NCBI GenBank assembly: GCA_050011565.1
Contig: JBEKIW010000001.1
Coordinates: 64,207 to 128,206, forward strand
Length of the DNA: 64,000 nt
Direction: 5' to 3'
From: Dehalococcoidia bacterium
Lineage (GTDB): Bacteria > Chloroflexota > Dehalococcoidia > GIF9 > UBA5629
Numbering within the stretch: position 1 is the stretch's first letter; each line of letters starts with the position of its first letter. Shown piece by piece: positions 51,608 to 60,437 of this stretch. Made by a program: the position numbers and the translations under genes. Under the pieces are notes generated by a model. That model saw only the letters and a list, made by a program, of their open reading frames with translations. It did no database searches and was not told the origin of the DNA.

Positions 51608-51871
51608 TCACCCCAAAAATTGAACACCACCATTCATTATTGACCTGAGTTTACCTTCTCTTGTAAGCCTCTTAATTCTATGCTCCATTTTAGAGGCGAG
51701 CGATTTATCTTCATAATCCCACTTCCTGAGTAATTTAACAGGTCTTCTTCCTCTGGTATACTTAGAACCAATCCCTAAATTGTGCTCTCTTATGCGCTTA
51801 ACAATATTATTGCTGATACCTGTATAAAGAGTTCCGTCACTGCACTCGACTATATAAACGTACCAGGCCAT
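51608..51871 (-). CDS. GIY-YIG nuclease-domain protein (UPF0213-like)
   Basis: YVYIVECSDGTLYTGISNNIVKRIREHN. Confidence 0.8.
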   Translation of the reverse strand: MAWYVYIVECSDGTLYTGISNNIVKRIREHNLGIGSKYTRGRRPVKLLRKWDYEDKSLASKMEHRIKRLTREGKLRSIMNGGVQFLG

Positions 51872-51918
51872 TCTATTTTCCTTCAGCAGCTCTTACCTGT
51901 AATTATAACGCCTTCAGG

Positions 51919-51958
51919 TTGTGGCCGTGGCTAGTCCGGTGGATAGGTTGATACGTTA
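51919..51958 (+). pseudogene. integrase 3' remnant (last ~12 codons) followed by the conserved post-integrase sequence
   Basis: VAVASPVDRLIR*. Downstream gatgcggtggaggc...ggtggctgggttgagg resembles the sequence after the intact integrase stop (gaggcggtggagag...ggctggtgg). Confidence 0.5.
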
Positions 51959-52113
51959 GACTATGATGCGGTGGAGGCACATAAGAGATTTAGTCCGGTG
52001 GCTGGGTTGAGGTAACAGCGGGATGGAGTAGGTTAAACATACCTATTGACTTTTTATAATCAGGCTAGTAAAATGCTGAACGTAAAAAACTAATAATTAA
52101 GAGGAGGTTATTT

Positions 52114-52479
52114 ATGGTCAAAACTTGGGGATGGATCAGTTTCATACTATTTTGCCTTGGCGTCATACTAGCTGTTGTCGGAGGTTTAGTATTTCCAGAG
52201 AGCATAGTCATTGCATTAATACTTGTCATTTTCGGCCTTATAATCGGTATTATACATGTCAGTATTGACAAAGAAGGAAAAGGACTGGTTATTCTGCTCC
52301 TGGCCACGATAGCAATATTGGCAATGACGGCTGCCTTTTCTCCGGTTACATTTTTGGGCTTCGGTAAAATGGCGGCCAGCATATTAGTAAATTTTGCCGC
52401 GTTAATGGCACCTGTGGCCCTCGTCGCTGCAATAAAGGCGCTGCTGCAACTATTCCTCGGACCACAAGTTAAAATCTAG
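52114..52479 (+). CDS. four-TM membrane protein of unknown function
   Basis: Strong RBS aagaggagg. Hydrophobic 121 aa. Confidence 0.55.
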   Translation: MVKTWGWISFILFCLGVILAVVGGLVFPESIVIALILVIFGLIIGIIHVSIDKEGKGLVILLLATIAILAMTAAFSPVTFLGFGKMAASILVNFAALMAPVALVAAIKALLQLFLGPQVKI

Positions 52480-52623
52480 CTAGTCTTAAATCAACAAGAC
52501 TAGATTGTCATTCATCTGAGACAGGTCGCTTTTACTTAAGTGTGAAAGATGGCCTGTCTCATTATTATTGACCACGTACGCGAGGTTTTCAAATAAGCGA
52601 GAACAGGCAGGTGTTGTATTTAG

Positions 52624-52677
52624 ACTGTTTGATTAGGAGTCAAAAGGTAGTGGGTTCGAATACCATCAGCTCCACCA
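52624..52677 (+). repeat. direct repeat of the tRNA-Ala 3' half (anticodon stem to CCA, degenerate loop): island junction attR-1
   Basis: gtttgattaggagtcaaaaggtagtgggttcgaataccatcagctccacca vs tRNA gtttgactggcagtcaaaaggtagtgggttcgaatcccatcagctccacca. Confidence 0.7.
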
Positions 52678-52823
52678 GACAATCCTATGAAGTTATTCCA
52701 AATTTAGATATCTTTCCATACTACCGAATTCCTACCCATATCGCGTCACTAGTTTGTATTATAATATTATATACGTTATATACGCCGCTTATTATGGTTG
52801 GTATGAAATGTTGAGGACACGCT

Positions 52824-54068
52824 GTGCCTAAGATTCCTGACCTGGTCAATGGTTTCAAGATGCTGAAGGAGGTGGACCTGAATACGGTCCGCGCGCAGGC
52901 TGAAATACCCCTGCATGTCATGGTTATCGGAGAGGCCGGGACAGGTAAGACTGCGCTGGTCGAACAGTTACTTGTCGGGCCAAGGTCGGAAGGGCCTCCG
53001 GATTTGGTCTCCATTACCATGTATCGGCCAGACCTGAATCTGCAAATTCCGGATAATACGCTGGTATTGCTGCTTCTGGATGTTAGGAAGACCGACCTTC
53101 AAAACGAGCGGGCAATCTTTGACAGGCTCATTGGCAGGAAGATAGCGACGGTCGTCTGCTACAACAAATCATATCTGGCCCGCGAAGAAAACCTTACGCT
53201 GAACAGATCAATCTGGACTGGTGCCGAGACGGCTGTTATTACCGCCACCGACCGCGATACGCTGATGCGCGAGCTTGTACCTGCCATCTTACGCGTGTGC
53301 AAAGGCCGTGAGACCCGGTTAGCCCGTCACCTGCCGATGTTACGTGCGCCGGTCGCGCAAAAGCTGATTGACGACACCTGCTTTATCAATGCTACCTATA
53401 GCCTGAGCACCGGCCTGGCGGAGATAGTGCCTATACTGGACCTGCCGCTGAATTTAGCAGATATCGTTATATTGACTAAAAACCAGGCTTTGATGGCGTA
53501 CACCATTACGCTGGCCATGGGAATGCAGGCCGAATGGCGCGATACCATGCCCAAATTAGCGGCTGTGGTTGGATCAGCCTTTCTCTGGCGGCAACTAGCC
53601 CGTTATCTGGCCGGCCTCATACCAGTCATCGGCATCGTGCCAAAGGTAGTGATCGCCTACTCGGGAACCTACGTGATTGGCGAAGCTGTTTACCAGTGGT
53701 GCGCCAACGGCGAGAAGCTCAATCCGGAGGAATTAAAAGTTCTCTATGCTGAGGCCTTGAAGCGTGGCAGTGAGGTTGCCAGGGTGCTGATCGCGAAAAG
53801 GGGTGCAGCTCAGTACCAGGCGGCCGACAAATTCAAGGAGATAGCACAGCTCATCTCTAAGAGAAGCACCACTACTCAGGAGCAGGCCTCCAGCAGGTTT
53901 CAGGCGGTTATGTCCTTCATTGCCCGAAAAAGCCAGGATACACGTGAGCAAATTTTTTCTATTGCTGATAAAGTGTTCCAACCGGGGACTGCCTGCTTGG
54001 CTTGCGGCAAGAAGTCGCCCAAAGGTGCGGGCTTCTGCGCTTTCTGCGGCAAACCCCTGAATTCCTGA
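52824..54068 (+). CDS. P-loop NTPase-like domain + DUF697 (YcjF-like) domain + C-terminal double-CxxC zinc ribbon
   Basis: VMVIGEAGTGKTALVEQLL (Walker A), NKSY (G4-like). LAAVVGSAFLWRQLARYLAGLIPVIGIVPKVVIAYSGTYVIGEAVYQW resembles DUF697. CLACGKKSPKGAGFCAFCGKPL. GTG start. Confidence 0.6.
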   Translation: MPKIPDLVNGFKMLKEVDLNTVRAQAEIPLHVMVIGEAGTGKTALVEQLLVGPRSEGPPDLVSITMYRPDLNLQIPDNTLVLLLLDVRKTDLQNERAIFDRLIGRKIATVVCYNKSYLAREENLTLNRSIWTGAETAVITATDRDTLMRELVPAILRVCKGRETRLARHLPMLRAPVAQKLIDDTCFINATYSLSTGLAEIVPILDLPLNLADIVILTKNQALMAYTITLAMGMQAEWRDTMPKLAAVVGSAFLWRQLARYLAGLIPVIGIVPKVVIAYSGTYVIGEAVYQWCANGEKLNPEELKVLYAEALKRGSEVARVLIAKRGAAQYQAADKFKEIAQLISKRSTTTQEQASSRFQAVMSFIARKSQDTREQIFSIADKVFQPGTACLACGKKSPKGAGFCAFCGKPLNS

Positions 54069-54141
54069 CGGGCGTCAGCATCAGTTGGCACAAACCGGAT
54101 TACATATGGAGAAAAGTATGACAAAAATGGTTTTGATCGAA

Positions 54142-54187
54142 ACTGGCAGTCAAAAGGTAGGGGGTTCGAATCCCATCAGCTCCACCA
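54142..54187 (+). repeat. second direct repeat of the tRNA-Ala 3' half: distal island boundary attR-2
   Basis: actggcagtcaaaaggtagggggttcgaatcccatcagctccacca; 45/46 identity to the tRNA 3' part. Confidence 0.7.
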
Positions 54188-54246
54188 AAGCGTGCCGCGT
54201 CTGTTGCCTTTGACACACCCATGATTGAACAGAATTATCTGTATTA

Positions 54247-55302
54247 CTATTTCGTCATATTATCAATAATAGCCCTGCCGGCGTACTTGCCTTCGTCCAA
54301 CTCCTCGAGTACCTGGCTGATTTCCGATAAGCTGGCAACTCTACCTACGTGAGTTTTTACTTTACCATCTGCGGCCAATTGAATTAATTCCCTCATTTCT
54401 TCTACTGTACCCACTGCCGACGACATTATAAGAGGGTCTCTGCCTAATAGTTCCAACGGCATTATCGATATTGGCCCTTCGCTCACGGGAGGCATTCCCA
54501 CTCCGACAAATACTCCTCCGCGCCTCATTAATTTTAATCCGAGTTCAAAGCCAGCTATCTTTGGTGAAAATGCGATGCTGGCGTACACGCCGCCGAACTT
54601 CTCCTTGACGAATTTTTCGGCTTCGCTTATATCCACGGCGTAGTCGGCACCCAGGCTCTTCACGAATTCTATTTTGTCCTGCCCTACATCGACTCCGACG
54701 ACTTTATACCCGAATGCCTTGGCTGTCTGTACTGCGTAGTGCCCGAGCCCACCCGCCGCACCGATAATAGCTACCGGCTTACCCGGTAAAACGCCGAATT
54801 TGATTAGTTTTTTGACGGCGCTGTAGGCTGTTAAGCCGCCGCATGCCAGCGGGACTTCTCTGTCGCTTACTTCCTCAGGTAGTTTTACCAATGATTTTAC
54901 CCAAACTGAAATGTACTCAGCATAGGCGCCGATAATGCCCTTAGTCTGTTTGCATAGCCTGGGCCTGCCACTGAGGCAATATTCACAAGCACCACACCAG
55001 TATCCTCCTCCTGAGCCACCGAGACCCAATATAACCCTATCGCCTTTCTGTATGAATTTCTCTGCTCCTGTACCTAACTCCTCGACTATCCCTATGCCTT
55101 CATGACCCATCGGCATCGGAATTGGTGGGAGAAACCCGGGCCAATCCCCTTTAACCAAATGTACATCCGAGTGGCAAACGCCTGCGGTGGTAATCTTGAC
55201 CAGGGCTTCTTCGTGCCCGGGGGTGGGTTTAGGTATATCTTTAATAACTAATTTACCGTCGGCTAGGAAAACTGCGCGCATATTTGTCTGCCTCCAACAC
55301 AC
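54247..55302 (-). CDS. zinc-dependent alcohol dehydrogenase (MDR family)
   Basis: GHEGIG zinc motif, GxGxxG Rossmann. Confidence 0.88.
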   Translation of the reverse strand: MCWRQTNMRAVFLADGKLVIKDIPKPTPGHEEALVKITTAGVCHSDVHLVKGDWPGFLPPIPMPMGHEGIGIVEELGTGAEKFIQKGDRVILGLGGSGGGYWCGACEYCLSGRPRLCKQTKGIIGAYAEYISVWVKSLVKLPEEVSDREVPLACGGLTAYSAVKKLIKFGVLPGKPVAIIGAAGGLGHYAVQTAKAFGYKVVGVDVGQDKIEFVKSLGADYAVDISEAEKFVKEKFGGVYASIAFSPKIAGFELGLKLMRRGGVFVGVGMPPVSEGPISIMPLELLGRDPLIMSSAVGTVEEMRELIQLAADGKVKTHVGRVASLSEISQVLEELDEGKYAGRAIIDNMTK

Positions 55303-55501
55303 TATTCAATAACGGAATTATACCATTGGCTCAGGTACAGATGTCTGCCATTTTCTGTAGCCAATTGTACTCCTTGGTCAGGAGGTGTCAAACAAGGGGC
55401 AGAGGTTAAAGCAGCGCCAGACTGACGATTGTTCAGGTAATACGATTGCTCTATAATTGAGCTGCGTCAGTAATCTTAAATGAATGGAAGAGGAGTAAGC
55501 A

Positions 55502-56185
55502 ATGGCTTCTGTGAAAGACGTATTGGACAAACTCCAGAGCAAAGCCAGGCCAGACCAGTTGGCAGGAATGGCTAAATTCGGGATAGCAATTGAAGGAAGA
55601 TTAGGGGTATCGGTTCCTGATATGAGGAAACTGGCGAAGGAGATAGGGAAAGACCACAAGCTGGCGTTAGAGTTGTGGAAGACGGGGATAGCTGAGGCCA
55701 GGATGGTGGCGGCGATGGTTGATGACCCGGATAAGCTAACTGAAGAGCAGATGGAGGACTGGGTGAAGGACTTCAACTCCTGGGATGTCTGCGACCAGGT
55801 GTGCATGAATCTTTTCGAAGAGAACAGATTAGCCTGGAAGAAAATTATCGATTGGTCTGTGCGGAAAGAAGAGTTCGTCAAGAGGACTGCCTTTTCGCTA
55901 ATAGCCTGTCTGGCGTGGCATGACAAGAAGGCGAACGATGAGAAATTTATCGAATTGCTACCGGTAATAATACGAGGAGCCACGGACGAGCGTAACTTCG
56001 TCAAGAAAGCAGTCAACTGGGCTCTTAGAAACATAGGTAAAAGGAATCTCAACTTGAACCAAGCTGTAATAGATGCTGCAAAGGAAATCCAGCGACTCGA
56101 TTCGAAGGCTGCTCGCTGGGTTGCCTCCGATACTCTCCGGGAACTACAGAGTGAAGCTGTCCAGGCCAAGCTCAGAAAAGGTTGA
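55502..56185 (+). CDS. DNA alkylation repair protein (AlkD-like HEAT-repeat glycosylase family)
   Basis: N-terminal pattern of PF08713-type proteins. Confidence 0.75.
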   Translation: MASVKDVLDKLQSKARPDQLAGMAKFGIAIEGRLGVSVPDMRKLAKEIGKDHKLALELWKTGIAEARMVAAMVDDPDKLTEEQMEDWVKDFNSWDVCDQVCMNLFEENRLAWKKIIDWSVRKEEFVKRTAFSLIACLAWHDKKANDEKFIELLPVIIRGATDERNFVKKAVNWALRNIGKRNLNLNQAVIDAAKEIQRLDSKAARWVASDTLRELQSEAVQAKLRKG

Positions 56186-56255
56186 GGTCGTAGCCTTGAC
56201 TGAGAGGCGGCTGCGTGCTAACTTTCGTAAGCATTCACACTAAGGAGGAAAACAG

Positions 56256-57071
56256 ATGAACTTATCCAAGATATCTATGAAGGGCAAGGTGGCGTTGGTC
56301 AGCGGAGCCAGCCGAGGCATCGGTGAAGCCAGTGCCCTGGCTTTCGCCAGCGCCGGCGCCGATGTGGTGGTCGCCAGCCGGAAGCTGTCTGACCTGGAGA
56401 AGGTGGCCGAGAAGATAAAGGCTAAAGGCGTGAGAAGCCTGGCAGTGGCCGCCCATGTCGCCAAGATTGAAGACTCGAAGAATCTGGTCAACACGGTGGT
56501 AAAAGAATTCGGCCGGATTGATATTCTGTTCAATAATGCCGGTACGAATCCCTATTTTGGACCCCTGCTGGATGCCGAGGAGTGGGCTTGGGACACGACC
56601 TTTAACGTTAACCTGAGAGGTCCTTTTTTCCTGGCACAGCTGGTAGCCAGGGTAATGAAAGAGCAGGGTGGCGGCTGTATGATCAATACCGCCTCAGTGG
56701 GTGCTTTAAGGGCCAGTGACCTCGCTATTTACAGCGTCACCAAGGCAGCCTATGTCATGCTGACTCAGGTCATGGCCAAGGAATGGGGCCAGTGGGGCAT
56801 CAGGGTAAATGCCATTGCACCGGGGATAATAAAGACAAAACTCGCCGAAGCGCTGTGGAAAGACCCGGCAGCGGGCAAAGCTGCAACGGAAAGAATTGCG
56901 CTGCTTCGCCTGGGTGAACCGGAGGATGTAGCCGGCGTCGTTCTTTTCCTCGCCTCCGACCTGGCTAAATACGTAACCGGCGAGACCGTCGTCGTGGATG
57001 GGGGCCAGATGCTTGGAGCGCCATCATTCCGTGGTGGGAAAAGCAACCCGGTCGCCGAGTTAGGAATATAA
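56256..57071 (+). CDS. short-chain dehydrogenase/reductase
   Basis: TGGSRGIG, NNAG, YxxxK. Confidence 0.88.
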   Translation: MNLSKISMKGKVALVSGASRGIGEASALAFASAGADVVVASRKLSDLEKVAEKIKAKGVRSLAVAAHVAKIEDSKNLVNTVVKEFGRIDILFNNAGTNPYFGPLLDAEEWAWDTTFNVNLRGPFFLAQLVARVMKEQGGGCMINTASVGALRASDLAIYSVTKAAYVMLTQVMAKEWGQWGIRVNAIAPGIIKTKLAEALWKDPAAGKAATERIALLRLGEPEDVAGVVLFLASDLAKYVTGETVVVDGGQMLGAPSFRGGKSNPVAELGI

Positions 57072-57306
57072 AACGCTACGGTCACCTGCTTCCGCTTTTA
57101 GTCGGTTAGTCACACATTGCCAACGGTTTGGTAGATTTGTGCCAAAATGTTACAGTTTTTAATGTTTCAGGTGCTCAATTTTATAACTTTTTAATGAAAC
57201 ATTATATACAATCCGTGTGAAGGAGATGATAAATATTACGTCTGACTTTAACGCAATATTTACAAATTAGTCTCCCGGACTTCTATTTTTAGGTAAGGAG
57301 TTAAAA

Positions 57307-58620
57307 ATGACGTGGAAAGACATATACAAATCGAAGGTATGTAGTCATCAGGAAGCGGCGAGGCTTGTGCAATCAGGCGACCGGCTCTTTACCCCGCTTG
57401 GCCTGGGTGAACCTTCAACGGCCATGATGGATGCCATCGCCGACAGGAAAGACGAGCTGAAGGACGTCGATTACATATCATCGCTTGTGTTTCATCCCTA
57501 CAAGATTTTCAACCCCGAGTACAGAAAAGCATTCCGTTTGATTACCGGCTTTTACAGCATACTCACTATGTCGCAAAATGAAGCTGGTATTTCAACATTT
57601 GTGCCAGTGCAGAGTTCCAACGTTGGCCGTGTGGCAGAGAAGCGACAAAAGCTCTTCCCGCGCAGGCAGGGCATTATTACACAGGTCACACCTCCGGACG
57701 AACACGGCTTTGTGTCGCTCGGTCTGGACCTGTTCTACACGCCGGATATCATTGACCAGGCCGACTACGTCATCGGTGAGGTAAATCCGAAGATGCCGTG
57801 GACATACGGCGATACGAGCTATCATATCAGCCGGTTCGATAAATTCGTTGAAACAGAAGAACCACTTTTAGCGCTTCCGCTACCCGAGCCGTCGGACGTA
57901 CATATAAAGATTGCTAAAAATGTCGTTAGTTTACTCAAGAACAGAGATTGTCTTCAAATAGGGATAGGCGCGGTTCCCGGTGAGATATCAAAACTTCTGG
58001 CGGACAGCGGTCTTAAGGACCTGGGACTTCATACTGAGATGGCTCCCATGGGCACCCGCGAACTGGTGGAGAAGGGTGTAGTCACCTGTAAATTTAAACA
58101 AGCTCATCGAAACAAGATAGTTATGGCATTTACTATCGGCGACCAGGAACTCTACGATTTCCTGGGCAATAACCCCATGGTGGAGTTCTACTCCGCTTCA
58201 TACTGCAACTCGATTCCTTTGCTGGTGCAGGAGAAAAACCTGGTGGCCATAAACGGCTCTATTGAAGTCGACCTTGTGGGAACCATCGCCTCGGAATCCA
58301 TCGGTGATGCCATGTTCTCCGGCACAGGCGGGCAGCTCGACTTTGTAATAGGAGCTTTCTGGTCTGAAGGAGGCAGAGCTATCAATATTTTGCCCAGTAC
58401 CGCTAAGGGTGGAACGGTATCACGCATCGTGCCTTACCTGACACAGGGAGCCCGGGTGACTGTGCCCAGACACTATGCCCAGTACATAGTCACCGAGTAT
58501 GGAATTGCCGACCTTACCTCGCTGGATGAAAGAGAGCGAGCCCTGGCCCTCATTGAAATAGCACACCCCAAGTTCAGGGACGAACTGCTTAAGGCAGCCA
58601 AGAAGAGACTTAAGTTTTGA
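57307..58620 (+). CDS. acetyl-CoA hydrolase/transferase family protein (4-hydroxybutyrate CoA-transferase-like)
   Basis: 437 aa; family-typical segments. Confidence 0.82.
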   Translation: MTWKDIYKSKVCSHQEAARLVQSGDRLFTPLGLGEPSTAMMDAIADRKDELKDVDYISSLVFHPYKIFNPEYRKAFRLITGFYSILTMSQNEAGISTFVPVQSSNVGRVAEKRQKLFPRRQGIITQVTPPDEHGFVSLGLDLFYTPDIIDQADYVIGEVNPKMPWTYGDTSYHISRFDKFVETEEPLLALPLPEPSDVHIKIAKNVVSLLKNRDCLQIGIGAVPGEISKLLADSGLKDLGLHTEMAPMGTRELVEKGVVTCKFKQAHRNKIVMAFTIGDQELYDFLGNNPMVEFYSASYCNSIPLLVQEKNLVAINGSIEVDLVGTIASESIGDAMFSGTGGQLDFVIGAFWSEGGRAINILPSTAKGGTVSRIVPYLTQGARVTVPRHYAQYIVTEYGIADLTSLDERERALALIEIAHPKFRDELLKAAKKRLKF

Positions 58621-58815
58621 CGTACCTGTAGACGAGACAGTTGCATGCACATTCGGTCGTGGTTTGTCTTTTTCCATATTATCCTTTAAATCTGCGCTGG
58701 TTACTTGGGTGCATTTTCTCGAGAATTAGTTTAAGATGTTAAGTGAAGCTTGTGCACGTTTGTATTGAAAAAAGAGACGGTCAGCGTTAAATAAAAACTT
58801 GAAATAGGAGGAGCT

Positions 58816-59424
58816 ATGTGGCGGTGCACGGTATGTCAGCATGTAGGCCTCGAAAAAACACCACCGGTTAAATGCCCGGTATGTGATTCTGCCAGCGAGA
58901 AATTTGTCGACTACAAGCCTCCGGTGGGAGGAGTGAAGACCTGGCAGAACTTAAGAGACGCCTTCGTCGGCGAGTCGCAAGCCCACTTCAGAGACCTGGC
59001 ATTCGCCAGGCAGGCTGTAGCGGAGGAATTGCCCCAGATTGCCAAGCTTTTCCGTGCCATCGCTGCTGCTGAAGAAGTACATGCCTACAATAGTCTCCGA
59101 TTCCTGGGATTAGTTCGTGACACACAAGAGAACATAGATACCGCCTTTCAGAGAGAGAATCTGGCCGAGACCAAGATGTACCCGAAATTTATTGCCGACG
59201 CTAACGAGGAAGATGCGCCTGAAGTAGCTTTAAGCTTCAGTCAGGCTCGAGATGTGGACGGCGTGCATGGCAAGCTTTACCAAAAAGCGGCTCAACATTT
59301 AACAGTGGATATGGAGACAACTTACTACGTGTGTCAGGTGTGTGGTTATGTCTCCGATGGCCTGCTGCCTGACCAGTGCCCTATTTGCGGGGCTCCTAAA
59401 GACAAGTTTAAGACCGTAGACTAG
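58816..59424 (+). CDS. rubrerythrin with rubredoxin-like CxxC pairs at both N- and C-termini
   Basis: N-terminal CTVC...CPVC. Ferritin-like diiron core (E...ExxH twice). C-terminal CQVC...CPIC. Confidence 0.85.
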   Translation: MWRCTVCQHVGLEKTPPVKCPVCDSASEKFVDYKPPVGGVKTWQNLRDAFVGESQAHFRDLAFARQAVAEELPQIAKLFRAIAAAEEVHAYNSLRFLGLVRDTQENIDTAFQRENLAETKMYPKFIADANEEDAPEVALSFSQARDVDGVHGKLYQKAAQHLTVDMETTYYVCQVCGYVSDGLLPDQCPICGAPKDKFKTVD

Positions 59425-59488
59425 AGATTTTTCGATTTATCTGTGGTTGGTCGGGTAGGCGACCGCACAGGCCGCTTCTATCGGAATT

Positions 59489-60181
59489 TTATATCTTGCC
59501 AAAGCGCCGGTGGCGGCTCATATAAGTATCCAGGGCCTTATCAATTTCTGCCCTATTAAAATCAGGCCAGAGCACCTCGGTAAAGTAGAGTTCACTGTAA
59601 GCAGCTTGCCACAGTAGAAAATTGCTCAGACGTGTCTCGCCGCCGGTGCGAATGATTAAGTCGGGGTCCGGTATGTCAGGCGCGTAAAGATATTTCTTGA
59701 ACGAATCCTCATTAACGTCTTCCGCAGAAATCCGGGCAGATAGAAGACGGCGAGCTGCCCCCACAATCTCAGCTCTGCCACCGTAGTCGAAAGCCATACT
59801 GAGCGTCCCGCCGGTATTATTCTCGGTCAGTTCAATAGCCCGTTTTATCTTTTGCTGGAGCTTCGGAGATAGGGTGTCGAGCCTTCCCAGATGTCTAACC
59901 CGAATATTCTTCTCATGAAAACGATTGATTTCGGGGTCTAGCCTATCGCTTAAAATTTTTAACAGTCCCCTGACTTCGGCGCTGGGGCGCTTCCAGTTCT
60001 CGGTGGAGAAGGCAAACAGTGTAAGATACTTTATCTTATATTCAACAAAAATTTCGGAGACCAGACGGATATTTTCTGTACCGGCCCGGTGCCCTTCTAA
60101 ACGAGGCAGGCCGCGCTGCTTCGCCCACCTGCCGTTACCATCCATGATAATCGCCACATGCTGTGGTAAATCATTTGCCAT
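59489..60181 (-). CDS. uppS: isoprenyl transferase (undecaprenyl diphosphate synthase)
   Basis: HVAIIMDGNGRWA motif. Confidence 0.93.
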   Translation of the reverse strand: MANDLPQHVAIIMDGNGRWAKQRGLPRLEGHRAGTENIRLVSEIFVEYKIKYLTLFAFSTENWKRPSAEVRGLLKILSDRLDPEINRFHEKNIRVRHLGRLDTLSPKLQQKIKRAIELTENNTGGTLSMAFDYGGRAEIVGAARRLLSARISAEDVNEDSFKKYLYAPDIPDPDLIIRTGGETRLSNFLLWQAAYSELYFTEVLWPDFNRAEIDKALDTYMSRHRRFGKI

Positions 60182-60437
60182 GGTCAGTTTTTCTCACCTC
60201 TCGATTTTAAGCCAGATAAAATATTTCGGGCAGGCAATAGAAACCAAAATTTAGGAGAAATGCCCACAGATTGTTAAGTATACTATATCATTTTCATAAT
60301 ATAAAAAGTATGTAGCTACGAAACTCATAAATGCCTTAACATTCGGAGAAACTCGAGTTGCGAATCATGCCTCCGGCGATATATACTTTGATGTCGTTTT
60401 TCCGTTAAAATCAATAAATCTGTTTAGGAGGTAAGCA

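Noticed and set aside
55378-56169. 263-aa minus-strand ORF antisense to the alkD-like gene, and similar antisense ORFs (e.g. 1875..2285, 2576..3073 in secA; 36143..36676; 42254..42757 in clpC; 61297..61983; 62993..63757 in leuS)
   Set aside because: They lie fully inside well-supported genes on the other strand and have low-complexity S/P/A-rich composition typical of antisense frames.
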